DNA of 64,000 nt from Eledone cirrhosa (taxonomy: Eukaryota): the NCBI GenBank assembly GCA_964016885.1, contig OZ024743.1, forward strand, positions 209,188,001 through 209,252,000, given 5' to 3'. Within the stretch, counting starts at the first letter, position 1. Every line of letters starts with the position of its first letter. Below the pieces are notes generated by a model. The model saw only the letters and a program-made list of their open reading frames with translations. It made no database searches and was not told the origin of the DNA. The position numbers and the translations under genes are program-made. This document shows, one piece after another, positions 44,772-58,154 of the stretch.

Positions 44772-47700
44772 TTCACTCCATAAGATATACCACAGTTTAC
44801 CATCCTATAGCCACACATGAAATCTTTTCACTCCATAAGATATACCAGAGTTTACCATCCTATAGCCACAGATGAAAGCTCTTCACTCCATAACATATAC
44901 CACAGTTTACCGTCCTATAGCCACAGATGAAAGCTCTTCACTCCATAACATATACCACAGTTTACCATCCTATAGCTTCACATGGAAGCTCTTCACTCCA
45001 TAAGATATACCACAGTTTACCATCCTATAGCCACACATGAAAGCTCTTCACTCCATAAGATATACCACAGTTTACTATCCTATAGCCAGATTAAAGCTCT
45101 TCACTCCATAAGATATACCACAGTTTAACATCCTATAGCCACGCATGAAAGCTCTTCACTCCATAAGATATACCACAGTTTACCATCCTATGGCCACAGA
45201 TGAAAGCTGTTCACTCCATAAGATATAACACAGTTTACCATCCTATAGCCACACATGAGAGCTCTTCACTCTATAAGATATACCACAGTTTACCATCCTA
45301 TAGCCACACATGGAAGCTCTTCACTCCATAAGATATACCACAGTTTACCATCTGATAGCCACACATGAAAGCTCTTCACTCCATAAGATATACCACAGTT
45401 TACCATCCTATAGCCAGATGAAAGTTCTTCACTCCATAAGATATACCACAGTTTACCATCCTATAATCACACATGAAAGCTCTTCAATCCATAAGATATA
45501 CCACAGTTTACCATACTATAGCCATGCATGAAAGCTCTTCACTCCATAAGATATACCACAGTTTACCATCCAATAGCCACACATGAAATCTTTTCACTCC
45601 ATAAGATATACCAGAGTTTACCATCCTATAGCCACAGATGAAAGCTCTTCACTCCATAACATATACCACAGTTTACCATCCTATAGCCACACATGAGAGC
45701 TCTTCACTCTAAAAGATATACCACAGTTTACCATCCTATAGCCACACATGGAAGCTCTTCACTCCATAAGATATACCACAGTTTACCATCCTATAGCCAC
45801 ACATGAAAGCTCTTCACTCCATAAGATATACCACAGTTTACCATCCTATAGCCAGATTAAAGCTCTTCACTCCATAAGATATACCACAGTTTACCATCCT
45901 ATAGCCACGCATGAAAGCTCTTCACTCCATAAGATATACCACAGTTTACCATCCTATGGCCACAGATGAAAGCTCTTCACTCCATAAGATATAACACAGT
46001 TTACCATCCTATAGCCATGCATGAAAGCTCTTCACTCCATAAGATATACCAGAGTTTACCATCCTATAGCCACAGATGAAAGCTCTTCACTCCATAACAT
46101 ATACCACAGTTTACATCCTATAGACACACATGAGAGCTCTTCACTCTATAAGATATACCACAGTTTACCATCCTATAGCCACACATGGAAGCTCTTCACT
46201 CCATAAGATATACCACAGTTTACCATCCTATAGCCACAGATGAAAGCTCTTCACTCTATAAGATATACCACAGTTTAACATCTTATAGTCACACATGAAA
46301 GCTCTTCACTCCATAAGATATACCACAGTTTACCATCCTATAGCCAAATGAAAGCTCTTCACTCCATAAGATATACCACAGTTTACCATCCTATAGTCAC
46401 ACATGAAAGCTCTTCACTCCATAAGATATACCACAGTTTACCATCCTATAGCCAGATGAAAGCTCTTCACTCTATAAGATATACCACAGTTTACCATCCT
46501 ATAGCCACAGATGATAGCTCTTCACTCCATAAGATAAACCACAGTTTACCATCCTATAGCCACAGATGAAAGCTCTTCACTCCATAAGATATACCACAGT
46601 TTACCATCCTATAGCCACAGATGAAAGCTGTTCACTCCATAAGATATACCACAGTTTACCATCCTATAGCCACACATGAAAGTTCTTCACTCCATAAGAT
46701 ATACCACAGTTTACTATCCTATAGCCACACATGAAAGCTCTTCACTCCATAAGATATACCACAGTTTACCATCCTATAGCCAGATTAAAGCTCTTCACTC
46801 CATAAGATATACCACAGTTTACCATCCTATAGCCACGCATGAAAGCTCTTCACTCCATAAGATATACCACAGTTTACCATCCTATGGCCACAGATGAAAG
46901 CTGTTTACTCGATAAGATATAACACAGTTTACCATCCTATAGCCACACATGAGAGCTCTTCACTCTATAAGATATACCACAGTTTACCATCCTATAGCCA
47001 GATTAAAGCTCTTCACTCCATAAGATAAACCACAGTTTACCATCTGATAGCCACACATGAAAGCTCTTCACTCCATAAGATATACCACAGTTTACCATCC
47101 TATAGCCAGATGAAAGTTTTTCACTCCATAAGATATACCACAGTTTACCATCCTATAGCCAGATGAAAGCTCTTCACTCCATAAGATATACCACAGTTTA
47201 CCATCCTATAGCCACACATGAAAGCTCTTCCCTCCATAAGATATACCACAGTTTACCATCCTATGGCCACAGATGAAAGCTCTTCACTCCATAAGATATA
47301 CCACAGTTTACCATCCTATAGACACACATGAAATTTCTTCACTCCATAAGATATACCACAGTTTACCATCCTATAGCCACACATGAAAACTCTTCACTCC
47401 ATAAGATATACCACAGTTTACCATTCTATGGCCAGAGATGAAAGCTCTTCACTCCATAAGATATACCACAGTTTACAATCCTATAGCCACACATGAAAGC
47501 TCTTCACTCCATAAGATATAACACAGTTTACCATCCTATAGCCACACATGAGAGCTCTTCACTCTATGAGATATACCACAGTTTACCATCCTATAGCCAC
47601 ACATGGAAGCTCTTCACTCCATAAGATATACCACAGTTTACCATCCTATAGCCACACATGAAAGCTCTTCACTCCATAAGATATACCACAGTTTACCATC

Positions 47701-50700
47701 CTATAGCCAGATGAAAGTTCTTCACTCACTAAGATATACCACAGTATACCATCCTATAGCCACACATGAAAGCTCTTCACTCCATAAGATATACCACAGT
47801 TTACCATCCTATAGCCACAGATAAAAGCTCTTCACACCATAAGATATACCACAGTTTACCATCCTATAGCCAGATGAAAGCTCTTCACTCCATAAGATAT
47901 ACCACAGTTTACCATCCTATAGCCACGCATGAAAGCTCTTCACTCCATAAGATATACCACAGTTTACCATCCTATAGCCACAGATGAAAGCTGTTCACTC
48001 CATAAGATATACCACATTTTACCATCCTATAGCCACACATGAAAGTTCTTCACTCCATAAGATATACCACAGTTTACCATCCTATAGCCACACATGGAAG
48101 CTCTTCACTCCATAAGATATACCACAGTTTATCATCCTATAGCCATACATGAAAGCTCTTCACTCCATAAGATATACCACAGTTTACCATCCTATGGCCA
48201 CAGATGAAAGCTGTTCACTCCATAAGATATACCACAGTTTACCATCCTATAGCCACACATGAAATCTTTTCACTCCATAAGATATACCAGAGTTTACCAT
48301 CCTATAGCCACAGATGAAAGCTCTTCACTCCATAACATATACCACACTTTACCGTCCTATAGCCACAGATGAAAGCTCTTCACTCCATAACATATACCAC
48401 AGTTTACCATCCTATAGCTTCACATGGAAGCTCTTCACTCCATAAGATATACCACAGTTTACCATCCTATAGCCACACATGAAAGCTCTTCACTCCATAA
48501 GATATACCACAGTTTACTATCCTATAGCCAGATTAAAGCTCTTCACTCCATAAGATATACCACAGTTTAACATCCTATAGCCACGCATGAAAGCTCTTCA
48601 CTCCATAAGATATACCACAGTTTACCATCCTATGGCCACAGATGAAAGCTGTTCACTCCATAAGATATAACACAGTTTACCATCCTATAGCCACACATGA
48701 GAGCTCTTCACTCTATAAGATATACCACAGTTTACCATCCTATAGCCACACATGGAAGCTCTTCACTCCATAAGATATACCACAGTTTACCATCTGATAG
48801 CCACACATGAAAGCTCTTCACTCCATAAGATATACCACAGTTTACCATCCTATAGCCAGATGAAAGTTCTTCACTCCATAAGATATACCACAGTTTACCA
48901 TCCTATAATCACACATGAAAGCTCTTCAATCCATAAGATATACCACAGTTTACCATACTATAGCCATGCATGAAAGCTCTTCACTCCATAAGATATACCA
49001 CAGTTTACCATCCAATAGCCACACATGAAATCTTTTCACTCCATAAGATATACCAGAGTTTACCATCCTATAGCCACAGATGAAAGCTCTTCACTCCATA
49101 ACATATACCACAGTTTACCATCCTATAGCCACACATGAGAGCTCTTCACTCTAAAAGATATACCACAGTTTACCATCCTATAGCCACACATGGAAGCTCT
49201 TCACTCCATAAGATATACCACAGTTTACCATCCTATAGCCACACATGAAAGCTCTTCACTCCATAAGATATACCACAGTTTACCATCCTATAGCCAGATT
49301 AAAGCTCTTCACTCCATAAGATATACCACAGTTTACCATCCTATAGCCACGCATGAAAGCTCTTCACTCCATAAGATATACCACAGTTTACCATCCTATG
49401 GCCACAGATGAAAGCTCTTCACTCCATAAGATATAACACAGTTTACCATCCTATAGCCATGCATGAAAGCTCTTCACTCCATAAGATATACCAGAGTTTA
49501 CCATCCTATAGCCACAGATGAAAGCTCTTCACTCCATAACATATACCACAGTTTACATCCTATAGCCACACATGAGAGCTCTTCACTCTATAAGATATAC
49601 CACAGTTTACCATCCTATAGCCACACATGGAAGCTCTTCACTCCATAAGATATACCACAGTTTACCATCCTATAGCCACAGATGAAAGCTCTTCACTCTA
49701 TAAGATATACCACAGTTTAACATCTTATAGTCACACATGAAAGCTCTTCACTCCATAAGATATACCACAGTTTACCATCCTATAGCCAAATGAAAGCTCT
49801 TCACTCCATAAGATATACCACAGTTTACCATCCTATAGTCACACATGAAAGCTCTTCACTCCATAAGATATACCACAGTTTACCATCCTATAGCCAGATG
49901 AAAGCTCTTCACTCTATAAGATATACCACAGTTTACCATCCTATAGCCACAGATGATAGCTCTTCACTCCATAAGATAAACCACAGTTTACCATCCTATA
50001 GCCACAGATGAAAGCTCTTCACTCCATAAGATATACCACAGTTTACCATCCTATAGCCACAGATGAAAGCTGTTCACTCCATAAGATATACCACAGTTTA
50101 CCATCCTATAGCCACACATGAAAGTTCTTCACTCCATAAGATATACCACAGTTTACTATCCTATAGCCACACATGAAAGCTCTTCACTCCATAAGATATA
50201 CCACAGTTTACCATCCTATAGCCAGATTAAAGCTCTTCACTCCATAAGATATACCACAGTTTACCATCCTATAGCCACGCATGAAAGCTCTTCACTCCAT
50301 AAGATATACCACAGTTTACCATCCTATGGCCACAGATGAAAGCTGTTTACTCGATAAGATATAACACAGTTTACCATCCTATAGCCACACATGAGAGCTC
50401 TTCACTCTATAAGATATACCACAGTTTACCATCCTATAGCCAGATTAAAGCTCTTCACTCCATAAGATAAACCACAGTTTACCATCTGATAGCCACACAT
50501 GAAAGCTCTTCACTCCATAAGATATACCACAGTTTACCATCCTATAGCCAGATGAAAGTTTTTCACTCCATAAGATATACCACAGTTTACCATCCTATAG
50601 CCAGATGAAAGCTCTTCACTCCATAAGATATACCACAGTTTACCATCCTATAGCCACACATGAAAGCTCTTCCCTCCATAAGATATACCACAGTTTACCA

Positions 50701-51655
50701 TCCTATGGCCACAGATGAAAGCTCTTCACTCCATAAGATATACCACAGTTTACCATCCTATAGACACACATGAAATTTCTTCACTCCATAAGATATACCA
50801 CAGTTTACCATCCTATAGCCACACATGAAAACTCTTCACTCCATAAGATATACCACAGTTTACCATTCTATGGCCAGAGATGAAAGCTCTTCACTCCATA
50901 AGATATACCACAGTTTACAATCCTATAGCCACACATGAAAGCTCTTCACTCCATAAGATATAACACAGTTTACCATCCTATAGCCACACATGAGAGCTCT
51001 TCACTCTATGAGATATACCACAGTTTACCATCCTATAGCCACACATGGAAGCTCTTCACTCCATAAGATATACCACAGTTTACCATCCTATAGCCACACA
51101 TGAAAGCTCTTCACTCCATAAGATATACCACAGTTTACCATCCTATAGCCAGATGAAAGTTCTTCACTCACTAAGATATACCACAGTATACCATCCTATA
51201 GCCACACATGAAAGCTCTTCACTCCATAAGATATACCACAGTTTACCATCCTATAGCCACAGATAAAAGCTCTTCACACCATAAGATATACCACAGTTTA
51301 CCATCCTATAGCCAGATGAAAGCTCTTCACTCCATAAGATATACCACAGTTTACCATCCTATAGCCACGCATGAAAGCTCTTCACTCCATAAGATATACC
51401 ACAGTTTACCATCCTATAGCCACAGATGAAAGCTGTTCACTCCATAAGATATACCACATTTTACCATCCTATAGCCACACATGAAAGTTCTTCACTCCAT
51501 AAGATATACCACAGTTTACCATCCTATAGCCACACATGGAAGCTCTTCACTCCATAAGATATACCACAGTTTATCATCCTATAGCCATACATGAAAGCTC
51601 TTCACTCCATAAGATATACCACAGTTTACCATCCTATGGCCACAGATGAAAGCTG
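44772..51655 (+). repeat. Tandem duplication of a 3,442-bp (63-monomer) block
   Basis: Constant 3442 offset for 45310/48752, 45748/49190, 46021/49463, 46348/49790, 46676/50118, 47603/51045 and 47766/51208. 3442 = 63x55 - 11x2 - 1, matching the eleven 53-mers and one 54-mer I counted. Confidence 0.92.
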
Positions 51656-54600
51656 TTCACTCCATAAGATATAACACAGTTTACCATCCTATAGCCACAC
51701 ATGAGAGCTCTTCACTCTATAAGATATACCACAGTTTACCATCCTATAGCCACACATGGAACCTCTTCACTCCATAAGATATACCACAGTTTACCATCCT
51801 ATAGCCACAGATGAAAGCTCTTCACACCATAAGATATACCACAGTTTACCATCCTATAGCCAGATGAAAGCTCTTCACTCCATAAGATATACCACAGTTT
51901 ACCATCCTATAGCCACACATGAAAGCTGTTCACTCCATAAGATATACCACAGTTTACCATCCTATAGCCACACATGAAATCTCTTCACTCCATAAGATAT
52001 ACCAGAGTTTACCATCCTATAGCCACAGATGAAAGCTGTTCACTCCATAAGTTATACCACAGTTTACCATCCTATAGCCACAGATGAAAGCTCTTCACTC
52101 CATAACATATACCACAGTTTACCATCCTATAGCTACACATGGAAGCTCTTCACTCCATAAGATATACCACAGTTTACCATCCTATAGCCACGCATGAAAG
52201 CTCTTCACTCCATAAGATATACCACAGTTTACCATCCTATGGCCACAGATGAAAGCTGTTCACTCCATAAGATATAACACAGTTTACCATCCTATAGCCA
52301 CACATGAGAGCTCTTCACTCTATAAGATATACCACAGTTTACGATCCTATAGCCACACATGGAAGCTCTTCACTCCATAAGATATACCACAGTTTACCAT
52401 CTGATAGCCACACATGAAAGCTCTTCACTCCATAAGATATACCACAGTTTACCATCCTATAGCCAGATGAAAGTTCTTCACTCCATAAGATATACCACAG
52501 TTTACCATCCTATAATCACACATGAAAGCTCTTCACTCCATAAGATATACCACAGTTTACCATCCTATAGCCATGCATGAAAGCTCTTCACTCCATAAGA
52601 TATACCACAGTTTACCATCCTATAGCCACACATGAAATCTTTTCACTCCATAAGATATACCAGAGTTTACCATCCTATAGCCACAGATGAAAGCTCTTCA
52701 CTCCATAAGTTATACCACAGTTTACCATCCTATAGCCACAGATGAAAGCTCTTCACACCATAAGATATACCAGAGTTTACCATCCTATAACCAGATGAAA
52801 GCTCTTCACTCCATAAGATATACCACAGTTTACCATCCTATAGCCACACATGAAAGCTCTTCACTCCATAAGATATACCACAGTTTACCATCCTATAGCC
52901 ACAGATGAAAGCTCTTCACACCATAAGATATACCACAGTTTACCATCCTATAGCCAGATGAAAGCTCTTCACTCCATAAGATGTACCACAGTTTACCATC
53001 CTATAAGCCACGCATGAAAGCTCTTCACTCCATAAGATATACCACAGTTTACCATCCTGTAACCACACATGGAAGCTCTTCACTCCATAAGATATACCAC
53101 AATTTACCATCCGATAGCCACACATGAAAGCTCTTCACTCCATAAGATATCCCACAGTTTACCATCCTATAGCCAGATGAAAGTTCTTCACTCCATAACA
53201 TATACCACACTTTACCATCCTATAGCCACACATGAGCTCTTCACTCCATAAGATATACCACAGTTTACCATCCTATAGCCACACATGAAAGCTCCTCACT
53301 CCATAAGATATACCACAGTTTACCATCCTATAGCCACACATGAAAGCTCTTCACTCCATAAGATATACCACAGTTTACCATCCTATAGCCACACATGGAA
53401 GCTCTTCACTCCATAAGATATACCACAGTTTACCATCCTATAGCCACACATGAAAGCTCTTCACTCCATAACATATACCACAGTTTACCATCCTATAGCC
53501 ACAGATGAAAGCTCTTCACTCCATAAGATATACCACAGTTTACCATCCTATAGCCACAGATGAAAGCTCTTCACTCCATAACATATACCACAGTTTACCA
53601 TCCTATTGCCACACATGAGAGCTCTTCACTCCATAAGATATACCACAGTTTACCATCCTATAGCCACACATGAAAGCTCTTCACTCCATAAGATATACCA
53701 CAGTTTACGATCCTATAGCCAGATGAACGCTTTTCACTGCATAAGATATACCACAGTTTACCATCATATAGCCACACATTAAAGCTCTTCACTCCATAAC
53801 ATATACCACAGTTTACCATCCTATGGCCACAGATAAAAGCTCTTCACTCCATAAGATATACCACAGTTTACCACCCTATGGCCACAGATGAAAGCTCTTC
53901 ACTCCATAAGATATACGACAGTTTACCATCCTATACCCACGCCACGGATGAAAGCTCTTCACTCCATAAGATATACCACAGTTTACCATCTTATAGCCAC
54001 AGATGAAAGCTCTTCACTCCATGAGATATACCACAGTTTACCATCCTATAGCCACACATGAAAACTCATCACTCCATAAGATATACCACAGTTTACCATC
54101 CTATAGCCACAGATGAAAGCTCTTCACTCCATAAGATATACCACAATTTAACATCCTATAGCCAGATGAAAGCTCTTCACTCCATAAGATGTACCACAGT
54201 TTACCATCCTATAGCCACGCATGAAAGCTCTTCAATCCATAATATATACCACATTTTACCATCCTATAGCCACAGATGAAAGCTCTTCACTCCATAAAAT
54301 ATACCACACTTTACCATCCTATAGCCACACATGAGCTCTTCACTCCATAAGATATACCACAGTTTACCATCCTATAGCCACACATGAAAGCTCTTCACTC
54401 CATAAGATATACCACAGTTTACCATCCTATAGCCAGATGAAAGCTCTTCACTCCACAATATATACCACAGTTTACCATCCTATAGCCATGCATGCAAGCT
54501 CTTCACTCCATAAGATATACCACAGTTTACCATCCTATGACCACAGATGAAAGCTGTTCACTCCATAAGATATAACACAGTTTACCATCCTATAGCCACA

Positions 54601-57600
54601 CATGAGAGCTCTTCACTCTATAAGATATACCACAGTTTACCATCCTATAGCCACACATGGAAGCTCTTCACTCCATAAGATATACCACAGTTTACCATCT
54701 GATAGCCACACATGAAAGCTCTTCACTTCATAAGATATACCACAGTTTACCATCCTATAGCCAGATGAAAGTTCTTCACTCCATAAGATATACCACAGTT
54801 TACCATCCTATAATCACACATGAAAGCTCTTCACTCCATAAGATATACCACAGTTTACCATCCTATAGCCAGATGAAAGCTCTTCACTCCATAAGATATA
54901 CCACAGTTTACCATCCTATGGCCACAGATGAAAGCTGTTCACTCCATAAGATATAACACAGTTTACCATCCTATAGCCACACATGAGAGCTCTTCACTCT
55001 ATAAGATATACCACAGTTTACCATCCTATAGCCACACATGGAACCTCTTCACTCCATAAGATATACCACAGTTTACCATCCTATAGCCACAGATGAAAGC
55101 TCTTCACACCATAAGATATACCACAGTTTACCATCCTATAGCCAGATGAAAGCTCTTCACTCCATAAGATATACCACAGTTTACCATCCTATAGCCACAC
55201 ATGAAAGCTGTTCACTCCATAAGATATACCACAGTTTACCATCCTATAGCCACACATGAAATCTCTTCACTCCATAAGATATACCAGAGTTTACCATCCT
55301 ATAGCCACAGATGAAAGCTGTTCACTCCATAAGTTATACCACAGTTTACCATCCTATAGCCACAGATGAAAGCTCTTCACTCCATAACATATACCACAGT
55401 TTACCATCCTATAGCTACACATGGAAGCTCTTCACTCCATAAGATATACCACAGTTTACCATCCTATAGCCACGCATGAAAGCTCTTCACTCCATAAGAT
55501 ATACCACAGTTTACCATCCTATGGCCACAGATGAAAGCTGTTCACTCCATAAGATATAACACAGTTTACCATCCTATAGCCACACATGAGAGCTCTTCAC
55601 TCTATAAGATATACCACAGTTTACGATCCTATAGCCACACATGGAAGCTCTTCACTCCATAAGATATACCACAGTTTACCATCTGATAGCCACACATGAA
55701 AGCTCTTCACTCCATAAGATATACCACAGTTTACCATCCTATAGCCAGATGAAAGTTCTTCACTCCATAAGATATACCACAGTTTACCATCCTATAATCA
55801 CACATGAAAGCTCTTCACTCCATAAGATATACCACAGTTTACCATCCTATAGCCATGCATGAAAGCTCTTCACTCCATAAGATATACCACAGTTTACCAT
55901 CCTATAGCCACACATGAAATCTTTTCACTCCATAAGATATACCAGAGTTTACCATCCTATAGCCACAGATGAAAGCTCTTCACTCCATAAGTTATACCAC
56001 AGTTTACCATCCTATAGCCACAGATGAAAGCTCTTCACACCATAAGATATACCAGAGTTTACCATCCTATAACCAGATGAAAGCTCTTCACTCCATAAGA
56101 TATACCACAGTTTACCATCCTATAGCCACACATGAAAGCTCTTCACTCCATAAGATATACCACAGTTTACCATCCTATAGCCACAGATGAAAGCTCTTCA
56201 CACCATAAGATATACCACAGTTTACCATCCTATAGCCAGATGAAAGCTCTTCACTCCATAAGATGTACCACAGTTTACCATCCTATAAGCCACGCATGAA
56301 AGCTCTTCACTCCATAAGATATACCACAGTTTACCATCCTGTAACCACACATGGAAGCTCTTCACTCCATAAGATATACCACAATTTACCATCCGATAGC
56401 CACACATGAAAGCTCTTCACTCCATAAGATATCCCACAGTTTACCATCCTATAGCCAGATGAAAGTTCTTCACTCCATAACATATACCACACTTTACCAT
56501 CCTATAGCCACACATGAGCTCTTCACTCCATAAGATATACCACAGTTTACCATCCTATAGCCACACATGAAAGCTCCTCACTCCATAAGATATACCACAG
56601 TTTACCATCCTATAGCCACACATGAAAGCTCTTCACTCCATAAGATATACCACAGTTTACCATCCTATAGCCACACATGGAAGCTCTTCACTCCATAAGA
56701 TATACCACAGTTTACCATCCTATAGCCACACATGAAAGCTCTTCACTCCATAACATATACCACAGTTTACCATCCTATAGCCACAGATGAAAGCTCTTCA
56801 CTCCATAAGATATACCACAGTTTACCATCCTATAGCCACAGATGAAAGCTCTTCACTCCATAACATATACCACAGTTTACCATCCTATTGCCACACATGA
56901 GAGCTCTTCACTCCATAAGATATACCACAGTTTACCATCCTATAGCCACACATGAAAGCTCTTCACTCCATAAGATATACCACAGTTTACGATCCTATAG
57001 CCAGATGAACGCTTTTCACTGCATAAGATATACCACAGTTTACCATCATATAGCCACACATTAAAGCTCTTCACTCCATAACATATACCACAGTTTACCA
57101 TCCTATGGCCACAGATAAAAGCTCTTCACTCCATAAGATATACCACAGTTTACCACCCTATGGCCACAGATGAAAGCTCTTCACTCCATAAGATATACGA
57201 CAGTTTACCATCCTATACCCACGCCACGGATGAAAGCTCTTCACTCCATAAGATATACCACAGTTTACCATCTTATAGCCACAGATGAAAGCTCTTCACT
57301 CCATGAGATATACCACAGTTTACCATCCTATAGCCACACATGAAAACTCATCACTCCATAAGATATACCACAGTTTACCATCCTATAGCCACAGATGAAA
57401 GCTCTTCACTCCATAAGATATACCACAATTTAACATCCTATAGCCAGATGAAAGCTCTTCACTCCATAAGATGTACCACAGTTTACCATCCTATAGCCAC
57501 GCATGAAAGCTCTTCAATCCATAATATATACCACATTTTACCATCCTATAGCCACAGATGAAAGCTCTTCACTCCATAAAATATACCACACTTTACCATC

Positions 57601-58154
57601 CTATAGCCACACATGAGCTCTTCACTCCATAAGATATACCACAGTTTACCATCCTATAGCCACACATGAAAGCTCTTCACTCCATAAGATATACCACAGT
57701 TTACCATCCTATAGCCAGATGAAAGCTCTTCACTCCACAATATATACCACAGTTTACCATCCTATAGCCATGCATGCAAGCTCTTCACTCCATAAGATAT
57801 ACCACAGTTTACCATCCTATGACCACAGATGAAAGCTGTTCACTCCATAAGATATAACACAGTTTACCATCCTATAGCCACACATGAGAGCTCTTCACTC
57901 TATAAGATATACCACAGTTTACCATCCTATAGCCACACATGGAAGCTCTTCACTCCATAAGATATACCACAGTTTACCATCTGATAGCCACACATGAAAG
58001 CTCTTCACTTCATAAGATATACCACAGTTTACCATCCTATAGCCAGATGAAAGTTCTTCACTCCATAAGATATACCACAGTTTACCATCCTATAATCACA
58101 CATGAAAGCTCTTCACTCCATAAGATATACCACAGTTTACCATCCTATAGCCAG
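51591..58154 (+). repeat. Tandem duplication of a 3,282-bp (60-monomer) block
   Basis: Constant 3282 offset for 51756/55038, 52359/55641, 52687/55969, 53069/56351, 54058/57340 and 54657/57939. 3282 = 60x55 - 12x2 + 5 + 1, matching the indel monomers I counted. Confidence 0.92.

Noticed and set aside
24887-56407. Six minus-strand 61-aa ORFs (MCGYRMVNCG...)
   Set aside because: Each coincides with the same duplicated 56-bp TATAAGCC variant and neighbouring substitutions that remove stops. They are copies of one chance event within the HOR.
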